The notes: generated by a model not told the origin, from the sequence alone. 64,000 nt of DNA from Spironucleus salmonicida (GCF_000497125.1 NC_090602.1:1426001-1490000), one strand, 5' to 3'. Shown: positions 1-12,570, numbered from the stretch's first letter. A program made the numbers and translations.

Positions 1-278
1 CGCAGTACAAGTTAGTGCTAATTGCCTAACTCTTGAAAACTTTCATCAGATATGCTATCTGATATATCTGCATATAACTGAGATTAAATTAATTATTGAG
101 GTAATTCATCTGGTTAAACAATATTTCTGGAAGAGGATGGAGACGAAAGATTATCTAGAATACTTGGAACAAAATAAGTGCTTGAGTTGGAAATCGGTGT
201 GGTTAATTCCAATAATGGAAATTGTTGTATAAAGCTTTTCCCCTTTTGCTTTGGTATATTAGGTGGTTTGAATTCCAT
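1..278 (-). CDS. Hypothetical protein, N-terminal part (runs off the window start)
   Basis: ATG at 278 after tttttaaaaa; no TGA to position 1 in code 6 (MEFKPPNIPKQKGKSFIQQFPLLELTTP...). Other frames here are also open, so the frame is uncertain. Confidence 0.4.
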
Positions 279-1095
279 TTTTTAAAAATTAGTACAGCTC
301 ATTATTTAGAGTTGTAAACATTCTATTTACACTATTTCCAGAAAAAATTTATAATCTATACTTTAATCTATTATATTTATTCGAAATTAGTACTAAAAAT
401 AACTCTATATTTCCTTATTAATATCAATAATATAAATTTCCTGTCCAACGTCAAGTAAAATAATTTACTTAGAATTTAATCTGATAAATTTACTCAATTT
501 ACTGTATTTAATATTATTAATGGTCCTATGCCGAAAATTTCATAATGTTAGTTATACTTAATATATTAAATATTTCTTTTAATTTAAATGATTTATTATA
601 CTCCTAGTTTCATAAATTTAGAAATTAAATTTATAAGTAGAATTGATTTTAAAACTTAAAATTTAAACTTTCATAAGTTTAATAGGTTAGTACAACTATA
701 CTGTATAATTTTTATATAATATTAAATTTTGAATTAAGTTATACTATTTGATAAAATTTTGTACATAACTATATTTATGTAAATGTTAAATTTATTTTAA
801 AAAATAAATATTTATAGAAAATTAAATTACTCTGATTCACATATAACAGCTATCAATTAATTAGGTTAGTCTATAAAACTTTGCCTAAATACATCATAAA
901 TTACATAATTTTTATGAAGTGTTCAAATAAATCGTTAAATGCTCCATATACAATCAAAATAGAGCACATTTAGCAAATTTGGATCAACCAATTAATATCT
1001 CCAGTCTTAACCAATTTTCTAATACAAACTAATATATATCAAGATTTCATATCTTACCATTATTATAGATCGTATAGAAGTATTTATAACTCTAT

Positions 1096-2109
1096 TCACT
1101 TTTTCAACCTGCGTCCCAGCAACTTCTCGACACTGCTCAGAACGCTGGCTTGCTCGCTGAACTCAAGCTCCCGCCCTCCATCTAGCTACTTAATTTTACT
1201 CTGAAGCTCATTCTACAAAACGCTGAACACCGTTTTAACATTCTCCAGTTCTTCGTTTTTTTCGTTCAAAATCGACGTCAGCTCGCAGTTTTCGCGTTAC
1301 GTTTTGGAAACAAGTTACTTCATTTTTCCGATGATTTCTGCTTGTTGTACGCGCTTCTTACGCGTCAAATCAAGCTGGTTTTTAACCTTTTCAAGCTCCT
1401 GACCGTGGCGAAAACTGGCTAGTTCCAGGTCATTCTGGAACGTCTCCAAAGGTGTAAGCTCCTTAACCTTATTACTTAGATCAGTATTCTTAGCATTTAG
1501 TTGTGAGACTTACTCCCGTAAAATCTGCACTGATTTTGGATCGAAATCATCTAGAATTTTGGTAATTTTAAGCAGTTTTGGGGATATTTTCTCTGCAATC
1601 AGGAGCAGCATCTACGTGTGGCGCTGCTAGTGGAAGGACTACGCAGTTAGCAGATTTTCAAGAGCGTACGAAATCTGTGGAAAAAATGTGGAAATCTCAA
1701 ATTTTGGAAGCTCGAAGTCAGATTAGGCAGGTGCATTTTAGATTGCATTCAGGGTTGTGTGCAAATTGCGAATTTACTGGTTCAACATAGTGATTTCGGC
1801 ACCATACTTGGCGTGTAGTTGCTAGGTCGCGCATATGGTATTATGCTAGAATGAGCTGATTTATGAATATTGTGAGTGGTCGTTTTATAGCTAAATGGAT
1901 AGTTCTGTAGCAAGTTTGCTTAGGCGCTAATTTTCCTCAGTCAGGGTGACGATTTCAAACTGAAAATCGTGTTGAGGAATGATTGTGGTTTCGTGCTCAA
2001 TTTTGAGATCTTCTATTTATAAATAGAGTTTTTTAATAATTTTTTGATAGTTTTAATTCTCGTGCATGAGCTTCGAAAGGATTTTCTTCTCAATTAATAT
2101 ATTTTCCAT
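1096..2109 (-). CDS. Coiled-coil hypothetical protein (337 aa)
   Basis: MENILIEKKILSKLMHENQ...GRRLKK*. Rich in E/K/Q/L with heptad character; ends AAG TGA. Confidence 0.75.
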
Positions 2110-2167
2110 TAGAAAATAGTAATAAAAATCTAATATATAAGGTATAATAATAGCAAGTAATAATAAT

Positions 2168-3148
2168 TCATTACATTATTGTCGATAGTTTATAGTTCAA
2201 TTTCTAGATTTACTGATCTTTTAGAGAGTTCTTGTCTTTCAATTATGATATTTTTGTTTTCAGATTAAGGATATCTAATATCTTTGAGAGATCATCATAT
2301 TGCGTGCGGTTTATATCCTCTTAAGATATTGCAATTTCTGTAGGTTCTAATTTGATCATTTCTGCTAATTTCCTAATAGTATTACCTTATGAAATAAACT
2401 ATAACATTTGAAACTATTGCTAGATAAATGTAACATTATTATTGATAATATCTGTATTTTCAGGAATATTCTAATCTTAATTCCTAATTGCATTTAATTA
2501 TTGTAATTTATCTTGTAATAAACGTATAGTATCTTTTAAATTAGTGTTCTCTTCTAATAAAGAACTGAGTTCTTCGTCTTTTATACTATCGATATCTGCA
2601 ATACATAACATATTTTATTGTTACAAATTTTAATTTTATATCTATAGATTATCAATTAAAATCTCTAATTCTGCCATTCTTACACGACTAGCCTTTTCAG
2701 ATGGTGCAGATCTTTTAATTAGCAACTTATTAAGCTCATCGTTATGATCTTATAATAACTTAGTTTTTAAAATTATCTATTGCGATTCATCAGATATGTA
2801 TTTTATATCAATTTTTACTTGATCTAAACGTTATTCAAATGACTCGTGTATATTTATCATTGCGTCTTAAAATTGAGATTTTAAAATGGAATGATCCTCA
2901 TTTAGTTGCTACTACTACTAAACATAACGACATCTTTACTCCTCTAATTACTCATTATGCAATTGAATATCTGTAGAAATATTATTATGCGAGGTATTAC
3001 TTTGTGTTTGCTTAAGAATAACAGCTGAATGTTATATAGATTCTTTCAGTCTCTCATTTTTATCTTCTAATATTTTATTAGTTTAATAAAGAGAATGTAA
3101 ATTAAATCTAAGCTTTTTGTTTGCGTCGACTAAATTATCTATAGACAT
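2168..3148 (-). CDS. Coiled-coil hypothetical protein (326 aa)
   Basis: MSIDNLVDANKKLRFNLHSLYQTNKILEDKNERLKE...KLSTIMQ*. AT-rich region upstream of the start. Confidence 0.75.
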
Positions 3149-3245
3149 TTATAAATTAATATAAATTTAAATATTATATAATATATTTAGATAAATTCTT
3201 AATTTATGATTATACCCTTTTTATATATAATTTTAGATCATAATA

Positions 3246-3722
3246 ATGAACTTACTAATAACGCTAAATTCATTGTTTAAGTTTTCTGAATATGAAAATA
3301 AGCTAAAGCATTAATTTCATGGGTTGAAATTTGTTGAATCTTGTGAGTAAAATTTTTGCTTAACAAATCAAACATTTTTGGGATATGAAATTTATGATAT
3401 CAAGCACACCAAATTAGGTCAAACTTTCGAATCACACTCCCACAAATTCTAAACATCAGTTGTGGGATCTGGTTACATTACTTTAAATTTGACTATTTGG
3501 TAGTATCGTATTAAAATATAATCAATAAGGACCTTATGTGACTCAAATACTACATTCTTCAATAACTCTGGTGATCTTAAAATATACAACAAAGTTTACT
3601 GTAGATTTTAATCAACTGTTAAAATAGATCCTATTATGATGTATTTTAGAAAGAGTTTTGAAGCAATAATTCTTTAAAAAATAATTTCGTAGCAAAACGA
3701 ATCTTGGGCAAATTTGAAATGA
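3246..3722 (+). CDS. Hypothetical protein (158 aa), possibly secreted, beta-rich
   Basis: MNLLITLNSLFKFSEYE...VVGSGYITLNLTIWQYRIKIQSIRTLCDSNTTF...WANLK*. Divergent from the 3148 gene across a 97-bp AT-rich spacer. Confidence 0.55.
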
Positions 3723-3983
3723 ATTGTATATAATCATTTTTATTAATAATATACTGTTCTAAATCCATAAACTTAAAATCGGGTCTTTAAAATAACTTTA
3801 TAGAAAGAGGTATTATTTTACAAAAAAACTATAGTATAAAACTAACCATTTTTTAATTTTATTCAGTTATTATATTACAATTATATCGTAATCGGAATTT
3901 ATTTTTAATTCAATTTTAAAAATTAGTTATTACTATCACATAATAACTAATTTTAAAATACAAAATAACAATTCCCATCACTC

Positions 3984-4277
3984 TCACCTACTCTTGAAAC
4001 AGAGAAATTATATAGCACCAATAGTGAAATAACAGAAACGTTGGCTCTCATGGGTGCCATAAAATCCGAAATTTTTGCCCACAATAACATGCCAAGTTTA
4101 ACCAAATTCACGATTCAGATCACGCTGGAGCTATGATGCCATTTCACGTTCAACATTGAATTTCTCTAATGCAAAAACTGCCAGATCAATAATGCGTTGG
4201 TAAAGTTCCTCAGGCATGTCAAGTACCTTGAAGGTAATAGTATGATCGCCGCGTTTCTCTATGTTTTAAGATGACAT
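3984..4277 (-). CDS. Dynein light chain, LC8 family (97 aa)
   Basis: DMPEELYQRIIDLAVFALEKFNVEREMASQLQRDLNREFGQTWHVIVGKNFGFYGTHESQRFCYF...FKSR*. Contains the LC8 WHxIVGxNFG motif. Confidence 0.93.
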
Positions 4278-4285
4278 TTGAGTTT

Positions 4286-4292
4286 TGCGGAA
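4286..4292 (-). promoter_or_regulatory. Candidate promoter motif TTCCGCA, 8 nt upstream of the LC8 ATG
   Basis: Same heptamer lies upstream of two other likely flagellar genes (11188-11194, 35464-35470). Confidence 0.35.
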
Positions 4293-4403
4293 AGGCTAGA
4301 AATCCTTAATTTATGATATAATAAACTTATTAAAAATTATGGAGTGCTAAAATATTATCATAATATTATATATAAATTTATATATTATTGTATAAAATTC
4401 AAA

Positions 4404-5936
4404 ATGATTTATGTTTTCTGCATTTTTGTTAGTAACAGAGATTAATTATTAGAATAAATTGACAAAAATAAGAATAACATAGAATTATATAATGATATTG
4501 CAGTTGGTGAAAATCTTATCATTGGTAACATGACAAATCTGAATGGAAATAACTTCACACTTTATATAAATGAGCTAGTTATTAATAATTCAGCTAGCAT
4601 ACTTATTTCTAATGTTATTATAAAGTAAATTAAGCCAGTAATTCCAGTTTCTACAAGGTAGTAAACAATATTCAATAACACTCATGATCTTACTTTTGAC
4701 AGAGTCTAATTCGAAAATTTAGATATTCTCCAGCTAATAAACACATCATACGGTGTTTTAACCTTTAAAAACTGTATTTTTCTGAATTCAGTATTCGATA
4801 GAATCGCTAATGACACGTTGTTTTCATAGCAGTTTATAAACACGTTATTCCTGTAACCTACTGTAAATTTCCATTCTTAATCACCATACACAGTTATAAA
4901 GAATTCTTCTATTTTCACATAGAACTTAAATGTATAAGAACGCATATCTTCATCTGATTCGATTTATTCAATCTCAGAAACCGTAATTATCAATTCATCT
5001 TTAGATTTTAACTCTACTTAGGACCTTTTTTCGTTAGATCGTAAAATTACCAGTTTATTAGTTTCCGTTCAAGATAAATCGAGTTGTAATTTCCCAAATC
5101 TCTGCAAAGACAGAGTTGGAACCAAATTTAACCCCACAGATAGCACATTATCACTAACTTTCAAACCCTAAAACACCATTTTGGTCATTAACTACCAGAA
5201 ATCCAGTGTAAATCAAACCAATAAATTAGGAAATTTTTCGAATCTCTTTAGCGCAAATTGCTCTGAATTAGAGTCAGGATTCCTCTGCAAATGCGCTTTC
5301 CTTTATGACAGCACCGGAAAGTGCTCGAAATCATGCGAAACGTGCAACGGAATTTGCGAATTTACGTCAAAATCGCGCGATTTCGACTCAGTTTCTTGTA
5401 AAAGTTGCACCACTCCTTTCACGAATTTTGGAACTCAATAAATCTGCTTAAACGCAGATTGCGAGCTCAATTGCTCCGGGCACACTTGCTCCAAAGCAAT
5501 CAATTTGAAGACCTTTTACTCGTGCAAATGCGCGCAAAATACCACTGGAATTTATTGCGAAACGTGTCCAGCTGGTTTTGTGAAAGTGGGAAATGGATGC
5601 TTCAAGCAGGTTTTGGCAGGTGGCGAGTGCTATTTAAAGCAGGAAATTATTACTTGTAATTCATGCGATTCTGGGCTCGTTCTGCGGGGTGGGGCGTGCG
5701 TTATGGGGCTCAATAACGTCGAAAGCGGCAGTTTGAGCTTCTTTGTTCTTATTTTGATCATTTTCATAGTAGTGCTTATTATGTTTTTTGTAGTGCTTTT
5801 CAGGACGAAAATGCCGAAATTTCTTACGCACAAGCCGGACAGAAATGTTCATAACGACGGTGGTTTGAACGAGAATGGGAAGAAGGGCGTTAGTTTGAAC
5901 GTAATTTTGGAATAAGCATCGCAAATGCAGCAGTGA
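4404..5936 (+). CDS. Cysteine-rich type I membrane protein (CRMP/VSP-like, 510 aa)
   Basis: Short hydrophobic N-terminus, Asn/Ile-rich ectodomain, CxC/CxxC EGF/furin-like repeats (CSKSCETCNGIC, CKCAQNTTGIYCETCPAG), TM segment FFVLILIIFIVVLIMFFVVLF and a cytoplasmic tail. Joins track ORFs 5181 and 5505 in one frame. Confidence 0.85.
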
Positions 5937-5947
5937 GGGCTAATTGT

Positions 5948-6805
5948 TCACTCTTATTGCATGCCTTCAAAGCACTTATCGAGAACGAGCTTGTTCTCTT
6001 TGTATACGGATTCTAACTGTTCGGTGAACCATTTTTCATCAGCTTTTGCTATTGTAATAATTCTTGACAAGTTGTCCTTTCTAAAGCCACTGAAGCACAG
6101 TAGACCGTAAATTAAGCAAGTGTACTTAAAAACTGTCATCAGCTTGACTTTTTCGTCCTCGATTTTGATAAGCTAGTTCCTAGCTTTACCAACACAGTTA
6201 ATGGCCTGGTCAGGCCAATCACCTACACGCTTTCGAACTTCTACAATACATTCCCCAACGTCAGAAAAAGCTTTCACATTCAAAAATTTCTTTAAATCCA
6301 CAATTTAAGCTTCAAACGGATCCTTTCCTCGTCCCTTTCCACTACAAAATTCTACCAATTTCCCACGAATTTGGTTTAATTCTGGAGCTTCGTTCTCACA
6401 ATGTCTACCACATTTTCGGTTTTAGTCTAACTGCATTTGCAAGTAAATACAACCTGATAAAACCACTTCTAAATTACGTGATTTCATTGACTTAACCACC
6501 TCTGCAGCAGCTTAGTACTCGTAAAAAACGCTTAGCGCCTTCCGTCCAATGTCTTGCTAAATTCTACAGTGCATACACACTTGATGGGCAGCAGCCTCCG
6601 CCTTCTAATTAGTCTGGTTTCTATTGATTTGGGATCCAGTACGGTCCCTAGCCATTGTTGCTGCTGAATCAGCAAATTTACGTGCTTCTAGCTCTTTATC
6701 TATTATTTTAGAAAGTACCATAGAACACTTTGTGCAAAAATTCTGTCCGGCACGGCGGTCCATTCGAATGAAGATTTCTGCCGCATTACAGTAGGGGCAG
6801 TTCAT
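5948..6805 (-). CDS. TFIIB/BRF-family general transcription factor, TFIIB-like (285 aa)
   Basis: Zn ribbon CPYC-x17-CTKC, B-reader-like IIDKELEARKFADS...RDRTGS, cyclin-fold-like KSRNLEVVLSGCIYL. Joins track ORFs 6805 and 6139. Confidence 0.7.
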
Positions 6806-7439
6806 TTTGTTGCGAGATGGTAGTGAGTATTATCTACGCAAATATAATAATAAATATAGGAGAAAACTAAGGGAAGGAGCATATAAATTGCAAATACTAA
6901 ATAGGTTAAATAAATTAATTCAAAACAGAACTATTTAAAGTCACTTGCATTAATATGTTAATGAACTGTTTACAAATATAGAGTCCTGTATTGCTTGAGT
7001 ATATGATGTACATACGATTGATAGCTGAACTATGCATAGTTTTTAATATATCATATACAATGGAATAAATTGACATTGGAGGTTAATTTAGCACCATATT
7101 TATTTTTAATTTAGTACATAAATTTTTGCATGTAACTTATTAAGGAGTCTTAGTTTACTAGTTGTAGATTTTATAAAAAATCATTAAGCATCATACTATT
7201 GATAAATTTTAATTTAGCTCTTTAAAATTTACTTATGCATCTATAATTTAAAAAGATCTGTATATATTAATCATTAAACATTCTATATTTATAATGTCTT
7301 TGGATTATAAGCAAATTTATTTATTATAAAATATATAGAATAATTAAAGAATATTATTAACTATTTCTGATATTCATGATACTTTTACATCATTTCAACA
7401 TTAAAATAAGATAATAAATGAAAAGTAAGAATAAATTGA

Positions 7440-8012
7440 TCAGAAAAACTTACCAAGCCATTGGAATCCTTCAGCATATCCTTCTCTATTTATAACAGAA
7501 CATGGGAAAACCTCTAATGGTCTTTATCCAGTAGCAACTTTAGCGTCCTTTCCTGTAACTTAATCGTGTAGTCCCAAAGCTTAAAGAACATCATCAGGGG
7601 AAACAGCAGTTGGTTTATCAATTTTATTAGCTAATATCATTATAGGTAATTTATTAAAGTCTTTGTTTCTAATAATCTAGGTTAAAGCGTCTTTAGATTC
7701 ATTGAATCTAGATGGGTCAGCTATATCAACAAGATAGACAATACCTTATGCAGACTGTAAATACTCCTCCCATACACGTCTAGCTACCTCATGACCACCT
7801 AGATCATATGTTTTGAACTAAATTTAACCAATTTGTAAAACTTATGAAGTAGGATGCTGGGTAGGAGCGATTTATTATGCAGAAGAGTTCTTTAACATAG
7901 CTAATAATGTTGATTTTCCAGCATTATCTAATCCTAAAAATACTATATTAGCCTTCTTAGACCACAAACCTAAACTTGATAACACACCTCTAAACCAATT
8001 TAAGATACCCAT
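7440..8012 (-). CDS. SAR1: Small GTPase Sar1 (COPII), 190 aa
   Basis: [37 protein letters not shown]...PTQHPTS...[13 protein letters not shown]...ANKID...[10 protein letters not shown]...GYAEGFQWL. Confidence 0.97.
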
Positions 8013-9031
8013 TTAAATTAAAATGACGATATATTATAAAAGATATTATAAATATAATATACGTTTAGTTTAGCAAAGGTCCTAAATTTTGAATTACATT
8101 TGTAACATATAATAATATTAAATAATTTAGTAGGGTACACTCATAAATTATCTTATTCATATGGTATATTTTAATTATAAAATAGAAATAATATTTTATT
8201 TTAATGATAATTGGATCAATTTTTATTGTTCTATACTTGAATTTTACAGAACCATTACACTTTTGGATTATTACTACTTTATTTAACTTCAAATAGTAAT
8301 TTTTGTTACCTATCAGTTTGTACATTTCATTAATCTATGTTCAACATAGTAATTTGCTTGTATAAGCACTTTTATATTGTTTTTCCTAAATATAAATGAT
8401 AATTCTTATAAGCTACTCTTACTTAATACAGAAGTCTTTTTCAATTAATAATATCATGACTAATAAATTTTTCGTATTGTATTTGCTAGAATCTTTTTAT
8501 CATCACTAAGATTAAAAGATTCAGTTGCTAATAATAAGTTTCCTTATTTAAATTTTGTAAATTTTTCACAATAATATATATTTTTAGTCTACTGGTATGT
8601 ATGTTGATCATATGTTAAAAGTTGGATACCAAATATCATTTTAAACTTTTATACTTGATCATTTATTGATAGAGTAATTATTTAAAAAAAGAAACAATTA
8701 TAATATTATAGCTCGTTATACCGTTCAATATTGAATACGTTAAGTTAATATGTCATTAAACATTATTAATTTAAAATAATTAGAATCATAAAAATAAGTA
8801 AAATAAGATTGGTCTTAGGATTGTATTTTTTTAATTATAATTTTAGGGTGGCTTAATTATAAGATTAACTTAATGATAATTGATATTTAGGTAAATATAA
8901 TTTTAAAATTTTAATCAAAATTTGTCATTCATCAGATATGAATTCTGTAGAAGTTGTAATAAATTTACTTACTCAATTTATTTTACAATTTAGAATATTA
9001 TATAGTTATATATAATACCTATTTCGAAAAA

Positions 9032-10786
9032 ATGGACACGAACACTTTATTTCTTCATCCAGATGCAATTATATCTAGATCTATAGCATATCACCCATAT
9101 TTAGATATTCTTGCTACTGGTGGTGTTTCACAAGATGAAGGAGCTATTGTATTTTTACATTCGAAGTCATGCCTAAAATAACCATATGTCCATGCTTGTG
9201 TATAACACTTTAACAACTAGTTATAACTTCCGTAATAAGATTCAAGAATACCATCAGCTCCAGAACTTGCGATTCCAATGAATTCTGTTTTATCAATTTC
9301 ATTCAGCCCTTGTGGAAGGTTTTTGGCGGTATTAGGATCAGATCTTACGTCAGAGAAGATTTTTATATACACATTCACTCCTAATGATATAAACCATAAA
9401 AAACTCAAAATTTTCCGCAAATTCGATTTTCCACACCAATTTTCCGAAATTATTTGGTCCCCAGATTCGTCTTATATAGCTGCTGGTACACATGATGGTT
9501 ACTTACTTCTGATTCCTGTGAGGACGAAAATAGCGAACTACAACATTGATTACGATCAGATTAGAACATGTAATAAATAGTTTACAATCAAAGCTTCAAA
9601 CTCGTCGATTTTGGGTATTTCTTGGTCTAGGTGTGGCTTTTTACTTGCTATTTAAAGCTATAATGAGGTCCAAATTTTGATTTGTAAGTAAAATAAAAAT
9701 TCTATTAGTATAAGGAAAGGACAAAAAATTAGTTATATCAGGGAAGATTTTATTGGAGAAGGGATCCAATTTAAAGAAGAATTAACTAACTTCAAAACTG
9801 GTTTAAATATTCCAAAATATCTATTAAATGGCTCTTATTAAAATGTAAATTTTACAAGCCTCTTTTTGAACAGAGGTGCGGAAAAATTTTAAATTGAGTA
9901 GCAAAGTTTACGCACAGTCTATGCAATTGCACTATATAGGAGATAATGCGATTGGAGTCCAGATACGAGTTTTTTAGTACTCCCATGTGGTTAGTTACCT
10001 GTTAAATCTACTGAAAAAGATTTTATCAGTTAAACATTTTGCAGTTACGTTTATACTAAAACTGCAACACACACAGGTGCATAAGATCCTTCAATTGTAC
10101 TTCCCGGACTCCGTTTCCCTTCTACGACTATTAAGTTTTCTCCAGTTCTTTACCAGCTTAACAACGAGAAGTAGAATATCACCGATTTGCCTTATCGTAT
10201 GATTTTTGCTGTAGCTTCTGGATGCGATGTTACCATTTACGATACACAGACATTTACTCCTATAGCACTTTTCTAAGGAGAGTCGTTTTAATCTGATTAT
10301 ATCACTTCGCTATCTTGGGATTTCACAGGGTAGCAGCTATGCGCATTTGGAGCACATTTTTAATTTTAATTTCTGAACTTTTCTCTTCCGATTTACGGTG
10401 TTGATCTTTCAATTTAAGCAGCAAAGCTAGCGTAGGATAGCGAGATCGCTCGTCTAAAGTAAGACTATTGTGTGCGTTATTTAGGATACAGGAAGAAACT
10501 ATAATAATATTCAAATGGTGAACTTGACAAAAAGCCAAATGCACCAACGAAACCAAAAATACCACCTATTTTTGTCAGTCAGAGTGGTTACTAGTAAAAA
10601 TGCAAAATATACGCAGTCAGCGATTACTTTTAGAGCGATATTCAGAGTCAGCCATTGCTACACTTCGAAGTTGGAGAATTGGAGTGGTTGCTCGATCAGA
10701 TAAATGGAGAAACTTAGATATTTAAAGGATCAGAATAAGGTGCGTAGGAAGTAGACGAGAAAGTTGGCGAGAATGTTAAAGAGTGA
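9032..10786 (+). CDS. CHAF1B: WD40 protein, chromatin assembly factor 1 p60/Cac2-like (584 aa)
   Basis: WD repeats (ISFSPCGRFLAV, IIWSPDSSYIAAG) plus p60-type segments DWSPDTSFLVLPCG, IKFSPVLYQL and LPYRMIFAVAS...IYDTQ. Confidence 0.8.
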
Positions 10787-10812
10787 AGGATATGTTAGAA
10801 AGTAAAAATAAA

Positions 10813-11172
10813 TCAGTCAAATCTGAAGGTCCTCTTTGAGTGCTTGTCGACAGGGAATAGGTCAGCATCAATGTTTGTATCGGCCCAAATTCCGGTAACA
10901 TCGTTTTCTAGCTCGTAATGAACAGCTTTCTGCATTTCCTTGGGAAGAGTTTTAGCATTGAATAGTTCCACGTTTTAAGTTCTCACAGCTGGCTGCATAC
11001 CGAATTTTTCACGAGTTTCTGCTGCTACTCTGTGTGTTTCGCTCCATTTCTCACAATAATCTTCACCGTATTTGCTCTCCCAGATTTTTCGGCCTTTCGC
11101 TTCCTGCTCAATTGTATATCTGTGAAATTCCTACGCATCCCAAGCATTTAATGGCTCAGACTTTGGTGGCAT
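10813..11172 (-). CDS. Small hypothetical protein (119 aa), possible ciliary microtubule inner protein
   Basis: MPPKSEPLNAWDAQEFHRYTIEQEAKGRKIWESKYG...RTFRFD*. The ORF is clear; the family call is weak. Confidence 0.75.
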
Positions 11173-11187
11173 TTTTAGGGCTTAAAT

Positions 11188-11194
11188 TGCGGAA
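11188..11194 (-). promoter_or_regulatory. Candidate promoter motif TTCCGCA, 15 nt upstream of ATG 11172
   Basis: Heptamer shared with the LC8 and CYB5D1 upstream regions. Confidence 0.35.
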
Positions 11195-11247
11195 TGATTT
11201 ATAGCATATAATATTACATTTATAATAAGTTTAGCGTAAAATTCCAA

Positions 11248-11832
11248 ATGATGAAAATTGAAGATGAGATCGATATCGACGAACCCACCATCAACATGGT
11301 TGTGTCGCCGTTGCAAAAATCCTCGCACTTTCTCTCCAAATCCATTGTCACCGAGAACACAAAGTATACTGACTACTTCTAAACGTCCACCAACGACTTG
11401 CACAATATCCTAATTTCGGAAGAGACAAACACCTGCATGAACACTGTCAGCACCAATACCCGCTGGCTTAAAATTGTTCAATAGACTGCTACATTCCTGA
11501 CGATTTTCTTGTAAATTTCGGCGAATTTCACTCGATTTTTTACGAAGTAAAAATACGCCGAGTTCGTCCAGAATGCGGTTGCACTTCTGACGCTGGTTAC
11601 GATTTTGGTGATCTAAAGCCAGATCTTAAATGTCAACCAAAAGCTTTCCGGTTACGTTAAACAAGCGACCTACGACGTTGGCGTGGTATCGTTCTTAGCG
11701 CTACATGTAGTCCTGTTTGGTTATGGTTTTAGTAGCAAAATTGAGGTGATTGCCAGTGGATTTTGCCTGGCAAGCTTTTTGCCTCTGGGGGTTGCGGTGG
11801 CAGCCGGTGTAGTGATCATGAAGCGCGAGTGA
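11248..11832 (+). CDS. Multi-pass (about 4 TM) membrane protein (194 aa)
   Basis: Acidic N-terminus MMKIEDEIDIDEP, then four hydrophobic segments; ends VVIMKRE* (GAG TGA). Confidence 0.8.
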
Positions 11833-11901
11833 TTTAGACTAAATTTAGCTTTGTAATTAATATATTATAATACTAGTATTATAATAAAATTGGAAATTTT
11901 A

Positions 11902-12516
11902 ATGCGAGCACTAGACGAGGATTCCTCTGACATTGTGCTGCCATATAATAGTGGAAACTAGCCTGACAGCTTTAATGAATAATTGAAAGAAAATAGAAGC
12001 CTAACATAAGATTTTACCTAGCCTACAGTAAATTATACTTAGTATAAATCTGAATACCCCAGTATGCCAAAATAAAGCTAGTTTAATGTATCAAAATTTA
12101 TAGATGATGAGTAGCTAGGGAATCCGTACCCTAGATTGACAGGGATATTTCTACTTGTATTTAGAATTATAGTTTTAGTTTCCTTTGTTTTTTAAATAAT
12201 TGGTTATTTTATGTAATTCTTTTTTCATAAAGTTTATTCAGAGATCGTATTTATAATAATTTAGCTTTTTATACTCAGTTTTATTTTAATTGGATAGTTC
12301 TAAGTCAACATAGTAAAATAAATCATATTTTAAAAAGTCAAATTTTTGACAACGGAACTCGGAATAATTATTTACTTTATAATAAACATGATGTTATATA
12401 ACTACAATTTTTTATCTATTGTTCCAGTTGTTGCGTCTTTGTTAATGATTGTTAGTATAATATCAACAATATCGTTATTAGTATTATTTTTACTCGTTAT
12501 TATTTTAAGAAAGTGA
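11902..12516 (+). CDS. Multi-pass (about 4 TM) membrane protein (204 aa), probable tandem paralogue of 11248-11832
   Basis: Same layout as the neighbour; FVFQIIGYFMQFFFHKVYSEIV aligns with IFLQISANFTRFFTKQKYAEFV; ends VIILRK*. Confidence 0.78.
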
Positions 12517-12570
12517 TTTAGGTATTATCAATATTATATATTAAATTGCTAGAATTTAGAAAAATAATAA

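Noticed and set aside
107-613. Minus-strand frame containing IILLDVGQEIYII (gelsolin-like)
   Set aside because: Only one short motif, it overlaps a competing ORF, and open frames are common by chance with a single stop codon.
2110-2167. Possible intron or frameshift joining the two coiled-coil genes
   Set aside because: No ACTAAC branch motif. Each ORF has its own ATG and TGA, and the spacer looks like a normal AT-rich promoter.
7028-7041. 14-bp palindrome AACTATGCATAGTT
   Set aside because: A single short palindrome in AT-rich DNA with no second copy or context.
6955-7764. Long open plus-strand frame running antisense into Sar1
   Set aside because: No motifs and it overlaps Sar1 by over 300 nt; it cannot be separated from chance without expression data.
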